The notes beneath the pieces are model-generated. The model ran no database searches. It was given only the letters and a program-made list of their open reading frames with translations, and was not told the origin of the DNA. The position numbers and the translations under genes are program-made. From Oikopleura dioica (Eukaryota > Animalia > Chordata), in the NCBI GenBank assembly GCA_907165135.1, contig OU015567.1, forward strand, positions 11,966,001 to 12,030,000: 64,000 bases of DNA, read 5' to 3'. Positions 1 to 13,339 of the stretch are shown piece after piece; within the stretch, counting starts at the first letter, position 1; every line of letters starts with the position of its first letter.

Positions 1-3000
1 ACGCATAGCTGCTTCGTTAGTGGTAAGTTTACATTTCCATTTGCCGTTGTCAAGAGCTTGTGGAGCAACACAGCTGACAGTTTCGCGGCCACCATAAGTA
101 GCCATGCAAGTTCCTGGGACGACTTCCCAAATTCCGCTGTCCATATTACAGATAGCCATTGTGGAACCCTTTTCAAAAGTTATTTCAGAGAAGAGATGCG
201 TTTCATTTCTACCTGCATAACGTAACCATTGTTACAGGTGGCAGTACATCGCCTGAAACCGACAGAGTTGTAGTCCTCGTTCTTTTGGTTCTTTTTCTTC
301 TTTCCGCGCTCTTCTTCAACAGATCGTCGCTCAACAGTCCTGAAAATAAATTTATTTTGATCAAGTCATTCTTATCTTACTTGAGAGCTCGCTCGAATTC
401 TCCCTCTCGTCGTTCTCGGTTCTTTGGGTGATTGAAGCAAGCAATTCCATATTTCTCTGGATCACAAGGAGCTTCTTTGCACTTCATGTTCTTTTGAACT
501 TGGAGTGGATTCTTTCGGTTGTAATAAACACCATCTCTGCAGATGATGATAAGCTCTCCGTGCCATGGACGGAAGTTTTCTGCGCACTTGATCATGCAAA
601 GCACTTGGCCGCTTGAAGATTCTCGGCAATCCATAACACCACCCTTGACTTCATTGATAGCTGGAGAAAGCTCACAAGCGCCGGTAGCGCCGACAAGCGT
701 TTTTGGATCAGGAGTTGGAACAGTAAACTTAGGATTAGCAGTTGTCTTGACTGCCTCAACTGGTGCCTTTTCTTCTTCGCTGTCGTCACTTTCGGACTTC
801 ATGTAGTTAGTGTCGGCGGCGATGTAATCTTCGCATTCCACATTACCGTTGTCAAGAGAAGGAACATTCTGGCAAGTAGCGACTTCTGGGACACAGTTGG
901 TTGCTGGAATCTGCCAGATACCGTTGTTCTGATCACATCGTGCTTCCCATCGTCCGTTAGCGGGTCTAAATATTTTTACCACAAAAAAAAACAAAGAAAA
1001 GTGTTACCTGTAACCAGGGTTGCATCGAAGATTACATCTGAGGAGGCCATAATGGACATTACCGTAGCCAGCGTATTGATCTTCATCGCAGATGTAGTAA
1101 CCATAGTTGACCTGAGGTCGGTAACAGTATTTGTTTGCTGGGGGCTGTTTGTTGCAGAATGCAGCGGGTGGCTGAAGCCATTGCCCAGTAGGAACTCGGC
1201 AGACAGCAATGTACGAGCCGGAGAATGCATATCCATTATCGCAGTTTGCGAGGCAGACGTAGTTCTGTGGCTTGCCGTAGTTGTAAGAGCGGCTCATTTG
1301 CTTCTTGGAAAGCTTAGTATGTTTGTTTTCGAGCTGATCGCCAATGACTTGAACTTCATCGCTGTAATAATCAGCACCACTGATTTCTCGTCGTCTTCGG
1401 CCAATCTTTTTAGCTCCCTTTCGAGGTGGTGCTGGATCAGTCTTGATAGAATCCCAGTCCTCAGTTCGTGTTGTTGAAGATGGGTAAGGGGCATCATAAT
1501 CTTGGAGATAGCACTTCCACTGTCCATATGGAATGGGGGCAGGCTCTTTGCAATATTCTGGGTATGATGGAAGAGTCTTCACCTTGCAGCCGATCGGTTG
1601 AGGAGTAAAAGCACCAGAAGCATAGTTGCACTGGTAAGTTGTTCGATAAGGATCTCGTGGGACGAATCCGTCATAGCAATGAAGCGTGCATGAGGTTGTG
1701 TAAGCAGTCCCTTGTTTCTTGTAACCGCAACTGAGGTAACCACCGTTCACATACTTCTGATTACACATGGGGTTGTAGTGAGATTTAGAGCAGTGAGTTG
1801 GTGGACTGAGCCACTTTCCGGATGTCTCATCGCACTTAGCAACCCATCGTCCATTTTGCGGGGTGTAGCCAGGTGAGCAGTTCAAGTCACAAACTAAATG
1901 GCTAGAACTGTATCGACCCATAACAGCATTTGGTTCGGACCATGTGCTTCCAAAGTCCCCTTGATCATCGTGAGCGTCACTTACAAGCTCAGTTGTCTCT
2001 CGCCGTTTTCTACCATATGATGGTGGGTTGTAACCACCTTTCGAGTAGCCATAGCAAGATTGCTTGTAAACGGTAGGGTCACAATAACCAGGCTGGCAGT
2101 AGAAATTGTTGACGTAGAATTTACCGTTGGAGCATCCAGAGAATGTCTGGCTAGTGGCTGGTCGGTACCCGTTGCTGCACATAAGTTGACAGAAGTATCC
2201 GTATCCCTGCTTCTCGCAAGTGACGAAACCACCACTGACATTTGTTTTCAATGGACAAGTTCCGTAAACTTGGGCTGCTGGGTAAGTGGCCTTGATACCA
2301 TTACCGTAGTAGTAGGTATTTGGCTTTTCACTGTATGGTTTTGGCTCGCCATAAACCTTGGAGCATTTGTAAGAACCGTAGTTGGCATATGGCTGAGAAC
2401 ATTTTGTTGAGTACCCGTCGAACGCGTTACATTTTCCTGGTTTGGGGTACCAGAATCCAGTAGAAAGATCGCACATGGCCTTCGACGAGCCATATCCGTA
2501 GGTTCCGTCGTAACAAGTCAATGTACAGACGAGCATTTTTCTAGTGTTGTATTGCTCCCATCTGTTGGATCCTTCATCTGCATCATCGGAAACAGCTCGG
2601 AAACCATCAATATTGAAAGTATTATCAACAGCGATGTAGTCAGAGAACTCGTAATCGATTCCAGAGTCTCGGTCAGATTGTTCATCTTGATCAATGACTT
2701 CGCTGAAACCATGTTTGTCGACAGCTCGTCGTCGTCGGCCATAAGCTGGGGATTTTGGATAACTTGGAGCTCCATAAGCAGGCGGGCTTGGATAAGAGCT
2801 CGGGCTTGCATATCCAGATGGTTTGTAGCTATATGTTGGCTTGTAAGCGCCACCATATCCTCCAGAACTGTAGTATGATCCACCGACCTGTTCAACTCGG
2901 CAATACCACTGTCCGAAGGGATCTCGTGATGGAGGTTGACATTTGTAGTCCTGCTTGCAATAAGATGGTGGGATAACCCAAGTTCCGTCAACGCAAATTG

Positions 3001-6000
3001 ATACAGGCTGAACAGCCGTGTATCCAGGCTCGCATGTAAGAGAGCAAAGCATTTTCTTGCTGGCCATATCTTCCCATCTGTAACCGTCCATTGATTTGAG
3101 GCCCATGTTTTCCAGGCTATCTTCGAGAGATCGGAGATTTCCTTCGTAGGTGTCTTCGTTACCTTCCCAGACATCACCTCTCCATGGCGAAGCTTCCTTC
3201 TTCTTTTTAGGCTTTTCTTTTTGATCTTCTTCTTCTTCACCAGAGCCTTCAGTTTCGGTTTCGTTACCAGATCGACGCTTTCGGCCGGGATAAGGATTGT
3301 AGTACCCTCCAGGTTGTGGATAGGCACCACCATTGTAGCCACCATATGGTGTGTTTGGAATGGCTTGATAACCATTTGTCTGAACAGGCATCCATTCGTG
3401 CTCGTAGACACAAGTGTATTCTCCATGGGCAGGATTGTTTGGTTTGGCACATGGAGTGTACTTCTCGCATGTTGGTTCTTCGAACCAGTAGCCCTTTACA
3501 CACTTAGCATGACCACCACCAACGTAGAAGTTCTTGCAGTTGACATCGCAAACAGTGCATGTAGTCCAAACATTACCGTTGACGACTTTTTTGACTTCCT
3601 CGGTAATCTTGGTCAAAGGAGCGTCTCGTTTACAGCCCATGATAGACGGCGTGAAAGCACCAGTAGCGGAATTACATTCGAAATGGGTCTGTCCCTGTGG
3701 GTACGAATTCTTATCACAGATTAACTGACAGTAGGCAGTAGCTCCGGGTTGAGCAACGGGTTTAGCCGTCGAATATGTTCGAGCAAGGGATCGCTGAACA
3801 GATTCATCTTCATCAGAATCATAAAGAACCATCATGTCCTCATCAGCACTATCGAAACCAGAATCTCTGTATGATGGTTCGTCATCGCCTGATCCTTCTG
3901 CTTCTCGTCGACGTCGCTCTTCAGCGTCTTCATCTGCGTTCACAGTAACGTTGAAGCAAGAGTCACCAAATGTGTACTCATCACAGTATCCAGCAACACA
4001 AGAAAGCTGTTGGCTGATTTCACCGTCGGTGCAGGAGGCATACTGGTTCATTTGAGCCGGTGTATGATCAGCATCACATCTGAGTTTGCAGACGGAGCTC
4101 TCACCAACTTCTCGGCAGTCCAAATGTCCATTTGGCATAAGGATTTCAGCTTCGCATTCCTTCTTGGCTGTTAATCGCTGACCATAGTAGTTATTTTTAG
4201 CTGGTGCTCCTGGCTTGCCGTAGGTCATATCTCCATTAGAGGTATCGACGGCCTTGATGTAACCGTATGAAACTTGTTGCTTGTAAGTGTTGTACTTGCT
4301 AGAATCATAGCCTTTTCCATAATAAATTGGCTTTTCGTAGCCATGAACAGGGTTGTATGCACCAGATGCGTAACAGTGAATCCAACCGTATGAGACTCGT
4401 CGTCGAGACATGCAAGTTCCGAATCCAGAATATGTGACAGAATTTTTAGTGCTGCTTTGTTTCTTCTTTTGATTCTTTTTGATTTTGCCTCGTTCTTCGC
4501 CCAAGTCAGTTCGGCCGAATCGTGATTCTTCGTCTTGATCATCGTAGTCGATGTCTTCCATGTATGGTTCTGGTTCTCCAGCATCTTCACCTTCGTAAGA
4601 ATCAACTGGATCCATAACTGGGACACCATCAACGTATTTGAATGTCATGAAATCGCCATCTTCGTCGACCTCAACAGTTCCTTCGTATTCTTCATCTTCA
4701 GTCTCTCGTCGCTTTCGTCCCTTTTTGGTGCTTGAGTATGGTGAGTTAGCATATTGAGTTGAGGCAGCATATTGTCCGGGTGAAGGTCCACCGTAAGAAG
4801 CTCCTTCGTAGAATCGCTGTCCAGGCATCTTCTCTTGGTAAACAGCAAGTGGAGCCTGACATCGCTCTTTCTTGCAGTTAGTCATTTTTGCTTGTGAAAC
4901 TTTGTATTTTTCACATGGAGGTTCGTACTTGCAGCCCTGTGGTTCCTTTCCGATCCAGATACCACGCTTGCAGGAGAATTTCCAAGTGTCCGACCATTTG
5001 GCGGGGACAAATTGACCGTTGCCCTTGCATGTAAGCTGGCAAACTGTCATACCATCCTCTTCCCAGCAGTCGTACTTTGCATTTGGTTTTTCTGGCTTTT
5101 CACATTTGAGGTTCCATTCGCACTTGCACCACGAATCCCATTCGCCGGACTCAGCGTTGCATCGCATAGCTCCTGGTTGTTCTGGATCGTAGTATTCAAC
5201 CTCTTCTTCGTGTTGAATGGTCACTTGTCCGACAGTATTGTAGGGTTTATTTTCATACTTGACTGGAATCTTGTGATAGTCCGTTGATCCATAGGAAGTG
5301 CTATATCCACTTGTGGAGTGAGTTTGAGAATAGGAAACAGACTGAGAAGAAGATCCGACGTAAGACGCTCCGTATCCAGGCTTATAAGATCCAGCGTAAT
5401 TTGGCTTGTAAGATCCAGCATATTGGTTGGGATAAGCTTGTCGTCGACCTCTTCCTCCTTTAGATCCTCCCTTAGTGCTGGCAGGCGCTGTTTGGCACGA
5501 TCCTTGTTGGATAGCATAATTTTCATGACATTGAACCATGCAAACGTGGTTATCTGTAGTGATTGTGCTTCGTTTATTCTCTGTTTCCTCGATGATTCTC
5601 TGACATTCGACGTAAGCATTGTTGATTCTCGGTGGAACATCAAGACATCGAGTGTTGAAAATACAATGAACTTGATTCTCCCACTGTCCGTTGCAGTTAT
5701 CGCACTTGGATGTCAGGGAGATCATTGGGTTGTATCCTGCTGGATATTGCGAGGAATAGCCTTTGCCAGAAGAGTAGCTTCGACCGAAACCGTCAGTGCT
5801 ACTTCCGTCAGTATAGTCCTCGTCATATTCCCAGTAGTCATCACCTTCGGATCGTCTCTTTCGTCCGTAACTCGAGCCGTAGCTCTTATCACCATAGCTG
5901 CCTTCGTATCCGGCATTGACACCGACAGTGTGGAGATAGCTGCTAAACTCGCCCCAAGCGTCACCATGTCCCCAACAGGAAGCGCCGAATTTATCGGGAT

Positions 6001-8550
6001 CACAGGCGCCAGCGACGCAACCCCATGCGGTCTTCTTTTTAGGCATTGAAGGGAACATCTGGCCGTTTTCACAAGTAGCCTCAAGGAGAGCATCAGTAGA
6101 TGGCACGAATCCTTGATTACACATAACTCGGCATGTGTATGGTTTCTTCTCAGTCTTACATTGCCACCAACCATTGTCAAGTTCATGAATTGGCTTGCAT
6201 CGAGCACCCCCTTGTCCTTGCATTGGGTTGTAATTTGGTGGAGGAGCAAGTGCGGGAACAATTGGAGCACCGATGTAGAATCGTCGACATCGAAGGTTGC
6301 AAGTTCGGAATTTTCCGGCATCTTTGCAATCCCACTGACCTTGTCCTTGATCCCACCATGGTTCGTCTGGGCAGTGTCGCCAGTGATTGCACTTTCCTGG
6401 CTTGTAGTTCTCAAGCCAGACACCATTGATGCAAACCGCTCGCTGGGTTGTTGGGCTGTAGCAGTCGTTACAAGAGAGGACGCACTCTTTTTTGACAGAG
6501 AAGTTCCATTTTGACTTGTCAACTTCAGGCGCGTTTGGAACACCCCATTTCTTTCCACGGCCAACAATAGTTTGTTTTTCGTGGGAAAATGGATCGAAAT
6601 CTTCAACACCGGTGTAGAAGTCATCTGATTCGAGCTCAAAGAGGTCTTCAGATGACATTTCCTCGGTGCCGTTTGTTTCTCGACGTTTTCGAGCAAATTC
6701 ACCCTTTTCGAAGGAGTCCGTTCGGGTGTAACTGTAATCATCATCTTCTGGGATAGTCTGTTCCCAACACTGGAAGACACCATAAGGTGTGGAAGGAGTT
6801 CGGCATGGAGAAGAGTAAACACATTGAGTTGGTCCGGGGCTCCAGTATGACGTCTTGAGCGAACATTTTGCTTCTTTTTGGCCATTCTTTGGCTTGTGGA
6901 ATCGAGCGCAGAAGATTCGACAAGTAAGTTTTGCATCCCACCAGGCATAGTTAACAACGACGGTTGTCTGCTGGACATTTGTCACCTTGGTTGATGTCTG
7001 AGTGACCTTGACAGTAGTTTGGCCGCTGTAGCTATTTCCATAACCGCCTCCATAATATCCTCGGCCTGATACTTCCTCGCCTTGCGGTTCAGATTCATCT
7101 TCTCCCTCTCTTCGCTTTCGACCATATGGTGGGTTAGAATATGGCTTTCCGTAAGAGCTACCATAATTTTTGTTAGGGTACGCACTTCCATAATTGCTGC
7201 CGTATCCTCCGACGTAAGCAGATCCTGGTTGAGGAATGAGAGAGTGTCCCTGATCATAGTACCCAAGATTAAGAAGATTATCGTAGCACTGGTAGTAACC
7301 CATCGGGCCAGCAGATGGCCAGTAGCAATAATGCTCGAAATTGCAAGTTCCGATAGCCTTTTCAAACCATTTTCCGTCAGACAACGAGCACTGAGCTCTG
7401 TAACCAGCAGTTGCTCGATGGACAGGGTCACATTTTAGGTAACAGACGTAGCAAAGATCTGGACCGGGGTAACTGTAAGGGCTACCGACTTGGTAAGGAT
7501 CATTGTACCCTCTGTAGCTGTTTTCTTCAGTTTCATCGTCCCAGGCGCTTCGGTCTTGAGCCTCGTCTTCTTCTTCTCTTCGGCGTCGACCTTTATTCTG
7601 GTTGTTCTTCTTATTCTTTCGCTTCTTATCAGCTTCTGTATAAGCAGAAATGGGGATAGGACTCTTTTTGTAAGGATTTTTGCTGACGTATGCATTAGCT
7701 TGCTGCTTGTACTTGTTCACATACTGCTGATTGTATGGGGGAGCATTTGATGGTAAATATTGATCATACGGATCGTACTGCTGGCAAGGTTGAATTGAGC
7801 ATTGATAAGCATAGTTTTCTCCTCGTGGTGGATCTTGGCATTTATTCACAAATTCGCAATCGGAGTTTCCGTTCCATCTTCCTTCAGTGCATTCGAACTC
7901 ATTGACTCCAGTTCGCGAGAACCAGTATCTTGGGCATTTCAATGTACACTTTCGGTTATAAATATCTCCACTGCACGTGTATGATCCGTAGACAGCCGTT
8001 AAATCTGTACATTTTACGAGTTGCTTGCAGTAACCGCTTGCACTGTTGTACCAGAACCCAGTTTGAGAGTTACACTCGGCTGTGGCACTGCCGACAAGCT
8101 CCCAGCCGGGATGACAGGTGAGCGAACATTCCTTTACGTAGCCGTTGTAATTGACATATGCTCCTCTATCATCACCCTCTTCTTCGCCTTCTCGACGTTT
8201 TCGCGCGAGCTTTAATCGGCAAGTCCAGTAACCTCCCTTTGCTGGAGGAACAGCGCATTTTCCTGTGGCTTGTCCATAACCTGGCTGACTAACATATGTC
8301 CCCTGATTCTGATAACCTGGATTGGGCTTGTAATTGGAAGCCTGGTAGGTTTCCTTGTAGGGCTGCTTTTGATAAGGCTTCTGGTAGCCCGATTGATAGC
8401 TGGGACCGTAGTACCCACGGTCACTACCTTCTTCGGCGCCTGAAAATTTTAGTTTATTTTTTTTCTCTTTTAAAATCTTCTGATTGAAAGTCCTCTTATA
8501 GAAAGTCTCTTACCGTAAACGGCGGCGAAAACGGTGAGCAGTTGCTTCAT
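1..8550 (-). CDS. Large secreted Sushi/CCP-repeat polyprotein with multiple furin-type cleavage sites (oikosin/extracellular-matrix-like); 3' end runs off the window
   Basis: ATG at 8550 (MKQLLTVFAAVY, signal-peptide-like). GT-AG introns at 8513-8440, 1007-966, 380-340 and 212-169. Exon 8439-1008 is one open frame containing the 2312-aa track ORF. Repeated 6-Cys modules C..P....G.W.C / C.L.C..GY.P....A.C....G.W.....C and about 13 R-x-[RK]-R sites. Confidence 0.9.
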
Positions 8551-8980
8551 GACCCGACCGTCCGGTTCCGAATGAGAAAAAACCTACTGAGCATAAGAGC
8601 AATTGTTTACCGACCAGTGCGCTCCAAAATAGAGGTTCCAAAAACTGCGAACTGGTAGTCGATAATTTTGGTCATTTTGTTTAGGCCAGGCGACCACATC
8701 GCATCAGAGTTTTCCAGCAAGACGTAAGAGTCCCTTATTTATTTGATATCATGCACCGCGAAAAATCCCGCTTTTCTGATATTTTGTTACATTCTTAATT
8801 GGCAAAATGGAGTTACCCGCTGAAGATTTAATCAATATCAAAAATTTTCATCAATTATTTTTATTGCCCTTCTTTCATGTTCAAAATTAAAGACTATTCG
8901 TGGAGGGAGGAGTCATCTGTTGTCTCTTGCAAAAGCGCGCTGCGGTCATACCACACGTCAGAAAAACTTTATTTCCGAAA

Positions 8981-11900
8981 ATGGGAGAATATAACTGCTC
9001 TCAATGCAATAAATCTTTCCGTTCGGAGAGAGCCTTGAAATTTCATGCAGAAAATCATGCTGATGAAAAATCGGACAGAGAATGGGCCTCTCGGCGAGAA
9101 AGATCGAGAAGCAGAATCAGAGAATTGAGCGCCTCGAGAGACTCCTTAGGAACTGATCTACGAATTTTCTGATGATTTTTTTGTCAAAAACGAGCTCATT
9201 TGTGGATACAGTTGTAGAAAAAGATGCTTATCAAGCAGGAGAAAGGGGTGGAAGAACTGCGCGTCGAGATCTGGGGCTTGGTGCTGGACTTAGCAAAAAT
9301 CTCGCAAGCTTGGATCAGAAGACAAAAACCTGTGGAGAGCCTGGTAATCCTTTATATAATTATATGGTACATGGATAAGAATATTACTGCCTCTATATCT
9401 TATTGACAATCAAGGTTGTGGGAGAACCTTCTCCACAAAAGTAATGCTCGACTTTCACATGGACAGGGAGCATAATAAGAAGCAAGACGGAGCGCTCGAA
9501 ACTGATCGGCATAAATTGTCAGCTTCATATGATAGAAAACACAGTCTTCCTCCATCTGGTAAAAGTGAAAGGAGCTCAATGCTTTCGATGAGCAAAGAAG
9601 AATTCATCGATCAAGGAAAAAGTTTGCCTGCGATGATTGCGGTCAGCGCTTCGTCTCCGAGCGTGCTAAAAACGTGCATGAAAGCACGATGCACGCAGAC
9701 AAAGCAGAGCCAAGTGAAAAATGCAACAAGTGCGGAAAAATGTTCAAATCTGCGCGTGCTTTGAGAACTCACTTGGATATTTTTCATGGAAATGATGCCG
9801 GGGATGAGGATGATTTCAAATGCTCGATTTGTAACAAAACTTATTCTTCGCAAAGATCACTCAATGCGCATATGTCTTCTCATGGCAGAGACGCTGATCA
9901 AAGGAAAAGTTACCAGAATTTTATTCTAGAGAAACCATAACAGTTAACATTTACTTACTCGTTCGAATTAAATAGTAACTGACGTCGTGGAGAGTTAAAA
10001 AAGAGCTGAAAATCGACTTGCCTCCTCGAAGATCTCTATTAAATAGAGTCTATTTTATGTCAAAATAAATTAACTTTTTGAAGCAACGCACCTTCCGGGT
10101 ACTCATCAACACGGGGATCAAGATGGTCCAGCTTTCAAGCAAAAGATGCAGAAACCGAGAACGACCGAGTCTACAACGTCAAAATGCCAACTTTTATCAA
10201 CGATCGTTTGAAAAAAGAAAACGAGACGGAAAAGAAATCACTTCTCGACAAGGCACCATATGTGGTCAATACTGACATTAAAAGTATCTTCTGCAAGTAT
10301 TGCAATGAAGCTTTCTACACAGAAAGAGCAGTAGAAATGCATATAACATTGGCGCACGATGGAGATGTTGATCGAGCGAAGAGAAGAAAAGCGAGAAAAT
10401 TTGAAGAAGCAGAAAAAATGGAGATCGCTGAGGAAGAAGAAGATCTTGTCAATACTTTCAAGTGCGACGAGTACCCTTGTAAAAGGAAATTCCCCACCTG
10501 GCACGGCCTGAAAATCCATCTCAAATCTTCTCATAAATACACGACTGCAGATTTTGCTCTCAATTGCGACACTTGCGGTAGAAAGTTCACGACAAAGAAC
10601 TCTCTCGAAAATCACATCGAAAATACGCACTATTTGAAGTGCCAGGAGTGCGACGAAAAATTCCAGGAGAATCATCAGCTCGAAGCCCATATTAGAAGAC
10701 GCCATAACAAGCAGGTCAATAAATGTGACCAGTGCGGTCGGGAGTTTAGAAGCGCTGAAACTCTAAGACTCCATATGGAAATTCATAAGAAGCCGGAGTT
10801 CGACTGTCTGAAATGCAAACGACAGTTTATGACAAAAGGGGAACTGGACTTCCATATCATGGAGCACGAAAACGACGAAAAGATGAAGAAACTGAAAGAA
10901 GAACAAGAAGCTGCGGCGAACTCGAAAAAGTGGTTTTGCGATAATCCCAAGTGCAACAAAAGCTTTCTGACCGAGAAGTCATTTAAAATGCACATGGACA
11001 TGCATGCTGCGGAAGAAGATGTGAGGAAAGAATGTCCGAAGTGCCATAAAACATTTATGACGGAGAAGAGCTTGAACTTTCACATCGAGAACTTTCACCC
11101 AGACGTTGACTTGGATCAAGTTGAACTCGATAGATCCAAAGGCGTGAACTCCTACGAGCAAGAATACAAAAAAGATGGCTGGAAATGCGACGAATGCCAC
11201 CGCTTCTTCGATTCCAAGCAGATCTACGAGTACCATATGCAACGTCACGCAAACACCTTCAAATGCACCGAATGCAAGGCAAAATTCAAGACAAAGCAAG
11301 GGCTCGAAATGCACGTAGAAGAAGAACACAGACGTAAATCTGTCGAGCTTCATATGTGCAAGATCTGCTCAAAGGAGTTCGAAAGCGCGGCGATGTTGAA
11401 GTTCCATGAAACAACTGCTCATGAAAGTCAACACGATTTTGAATGTGAAAAGTGCGGAAAAATTTTGTCAAGTGAAAGTGGCTTAGAAATGCACATGGAA
11501 ACGCATGAATTTCTTGAATCGATGGAAATCAAATGCCCGGTAAAAATCAATCTAAAACGGATATACGGAAAAAGCAATTTTATAGGAATGTGGCAAGAAG
11601 TTCTCAACTGAACGTAATCTGGAGCTTCATATGGAGTCTTATCATCGAGAAGAAGTCATTATAAAGGTAGCGTAGAAAGAATACTCGTTGTCAATTCTTG
11701 TAGTGTCTGTATTGCGATCGTCAATTTGACTCTGATGCTACGATCGGAATTCATATGAAACACAACCACCCTGCGGAATATAAACAGCAACAGCGAATGC
11801 GACAGCAGGAAAACATCAACTCAGCTCCGGTTAAACAGCGGCTCAAGTGTCCATATGAAGACTGCGACGCAACCTTCAAATCTGAAAATACGCTTAATCT

Positions 11901-13315
11901 ACATGTCAACAATGCGCATGGCTTTGAAGACATGGAAGAGTTCAGGTGAGCCTTTTTGGAATCATTGATTTCTAAGTCGAATTTTAGCGCGAGAATGAAT
12001 GCAATGACGAAGAATCGAATTCAAGAAACACTCGAGGATTTTGATCTCGATATGCCAAAACCAACTCGTCGAGCAGCTCCAGAACCAGAGCCTGAACCAG
12101 AACCAAGGAAATACAGATGCGAAGAATGCGGAAGCAACTTTAGCTCTGAGCGCACTTATAAGCAGCATATGGAATATATTCATCCAAAGGTTTGATTTTA
12201 TGAAAAAGATTTTCTGTGAACTACTTTCTTAGGAGGAAACGAAACCAGAACCAGCCTGGAAATGCGAGGAGTGCGGAAAGACCTTTAGAATCGAAGCGGG
12301 CTACAATCTTCACATGTCAAATCATAAGCAAGAGAAAGAACAGTCAAGCTACAGCTGCGAGCATTGTGAAATGACATTCGATTCTGATCGCCAGCTCTCT
12401 CGTCACAGCAGAGCTTGCGCCGCCAAGGATAGAAAAGATGCCCAAGAAGAAGCTCAGCGAATCAGGTAATACTTTTTTATCCGCTTGATTTCATCAACTC
12501 TCAGATCGCGCTATGAGACAGCAAGAGAGCCAGAAGAAGAACCTGAGCCAGTTCAAACTCGCAAGTCTTCACGGTACACGATTCCGGACGATTCTCCCGA
12601 GCCAATTAGGAAGAGTTCAGTTGCACCAACCATTACAGACGATGATGAAGACGATTATCGACCAGCTTCGCCCCAATTTGCATGTGACCTCTGCAAGGAA
12701 CAGTTTAATTTAAAACAAATTTCTATTCGCGAATATTCTTTGAACTGTGAAAAGCAAAAATTCTTGTCAGAAATGATGGTCAAGTACCACGACTGCCCGG
12801 AGAAAAAAGATGAGCCCGACGAATTCAAATGCGACAAATGTGGTAAAACATACTGGTCGGAAAAGATGCTCAAGATTCATGCTCGCACGCACATTAGCTT
12901 CGATGATGACGTCGACGGTGTTGATGAGGGCATTTTGAACATGAAGATTGAAATGCCTGCTATCAAGAAATCAATCAGGAACGGGGTTAAAATCATGTTT
13001 CAAGCTTCAAAAGCAGGCTAAAATCAACCCTTAAAAGCACGGCTAATGACGACGAAGATGAGCTCACATGTGATCAATGCGATCAAACCTTCTCATCTTC
13101 AATTCTCCTGCGAATCCACAAGAGAGCGCACGAACGCGAGCACCTCTACGACGACGGTGAACTTTTGTCCGCGAAAAAACTTGACGATAATGACGACGAT
13201 GAGGCAGGAGCTCCTAAGACTTCTGTTCAAGAACTTTTGTAATTATGTTCTAAATTCTCAAAAATATATTCTCAACGCATTTTTTACTTTCAGAAAACGA
13301 GAATTTTCTAACTGA
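8981..13315 (+). CDS. Multi-exon C2H2 zinc-finger protein (possibly more than one gene)
   Basis: MGEYNCSQCNKSFRSERALKFHAENH at 8981. Many C-x2/4-C-x12-H-x3/5-H fingers in ORFs 9674-9940, 10184-11611, 11755-12195 and 12485-13021, joined by short GT-AG and GA-AG introns. 3' end approximate. Confidence 0.85.
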
Positions 13316-13339
13316 TAGAATGGATAAGATGATCTAATC

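Noticed and set aside
1001-7984. Many long alternative-frame and antisense ORFs (e.g. 5722-6978, 2518-3450, 5318-6049)
   Set aside because: Shadows of the polyprotein exon with biased codon usage; no independent motifs or splice signals.
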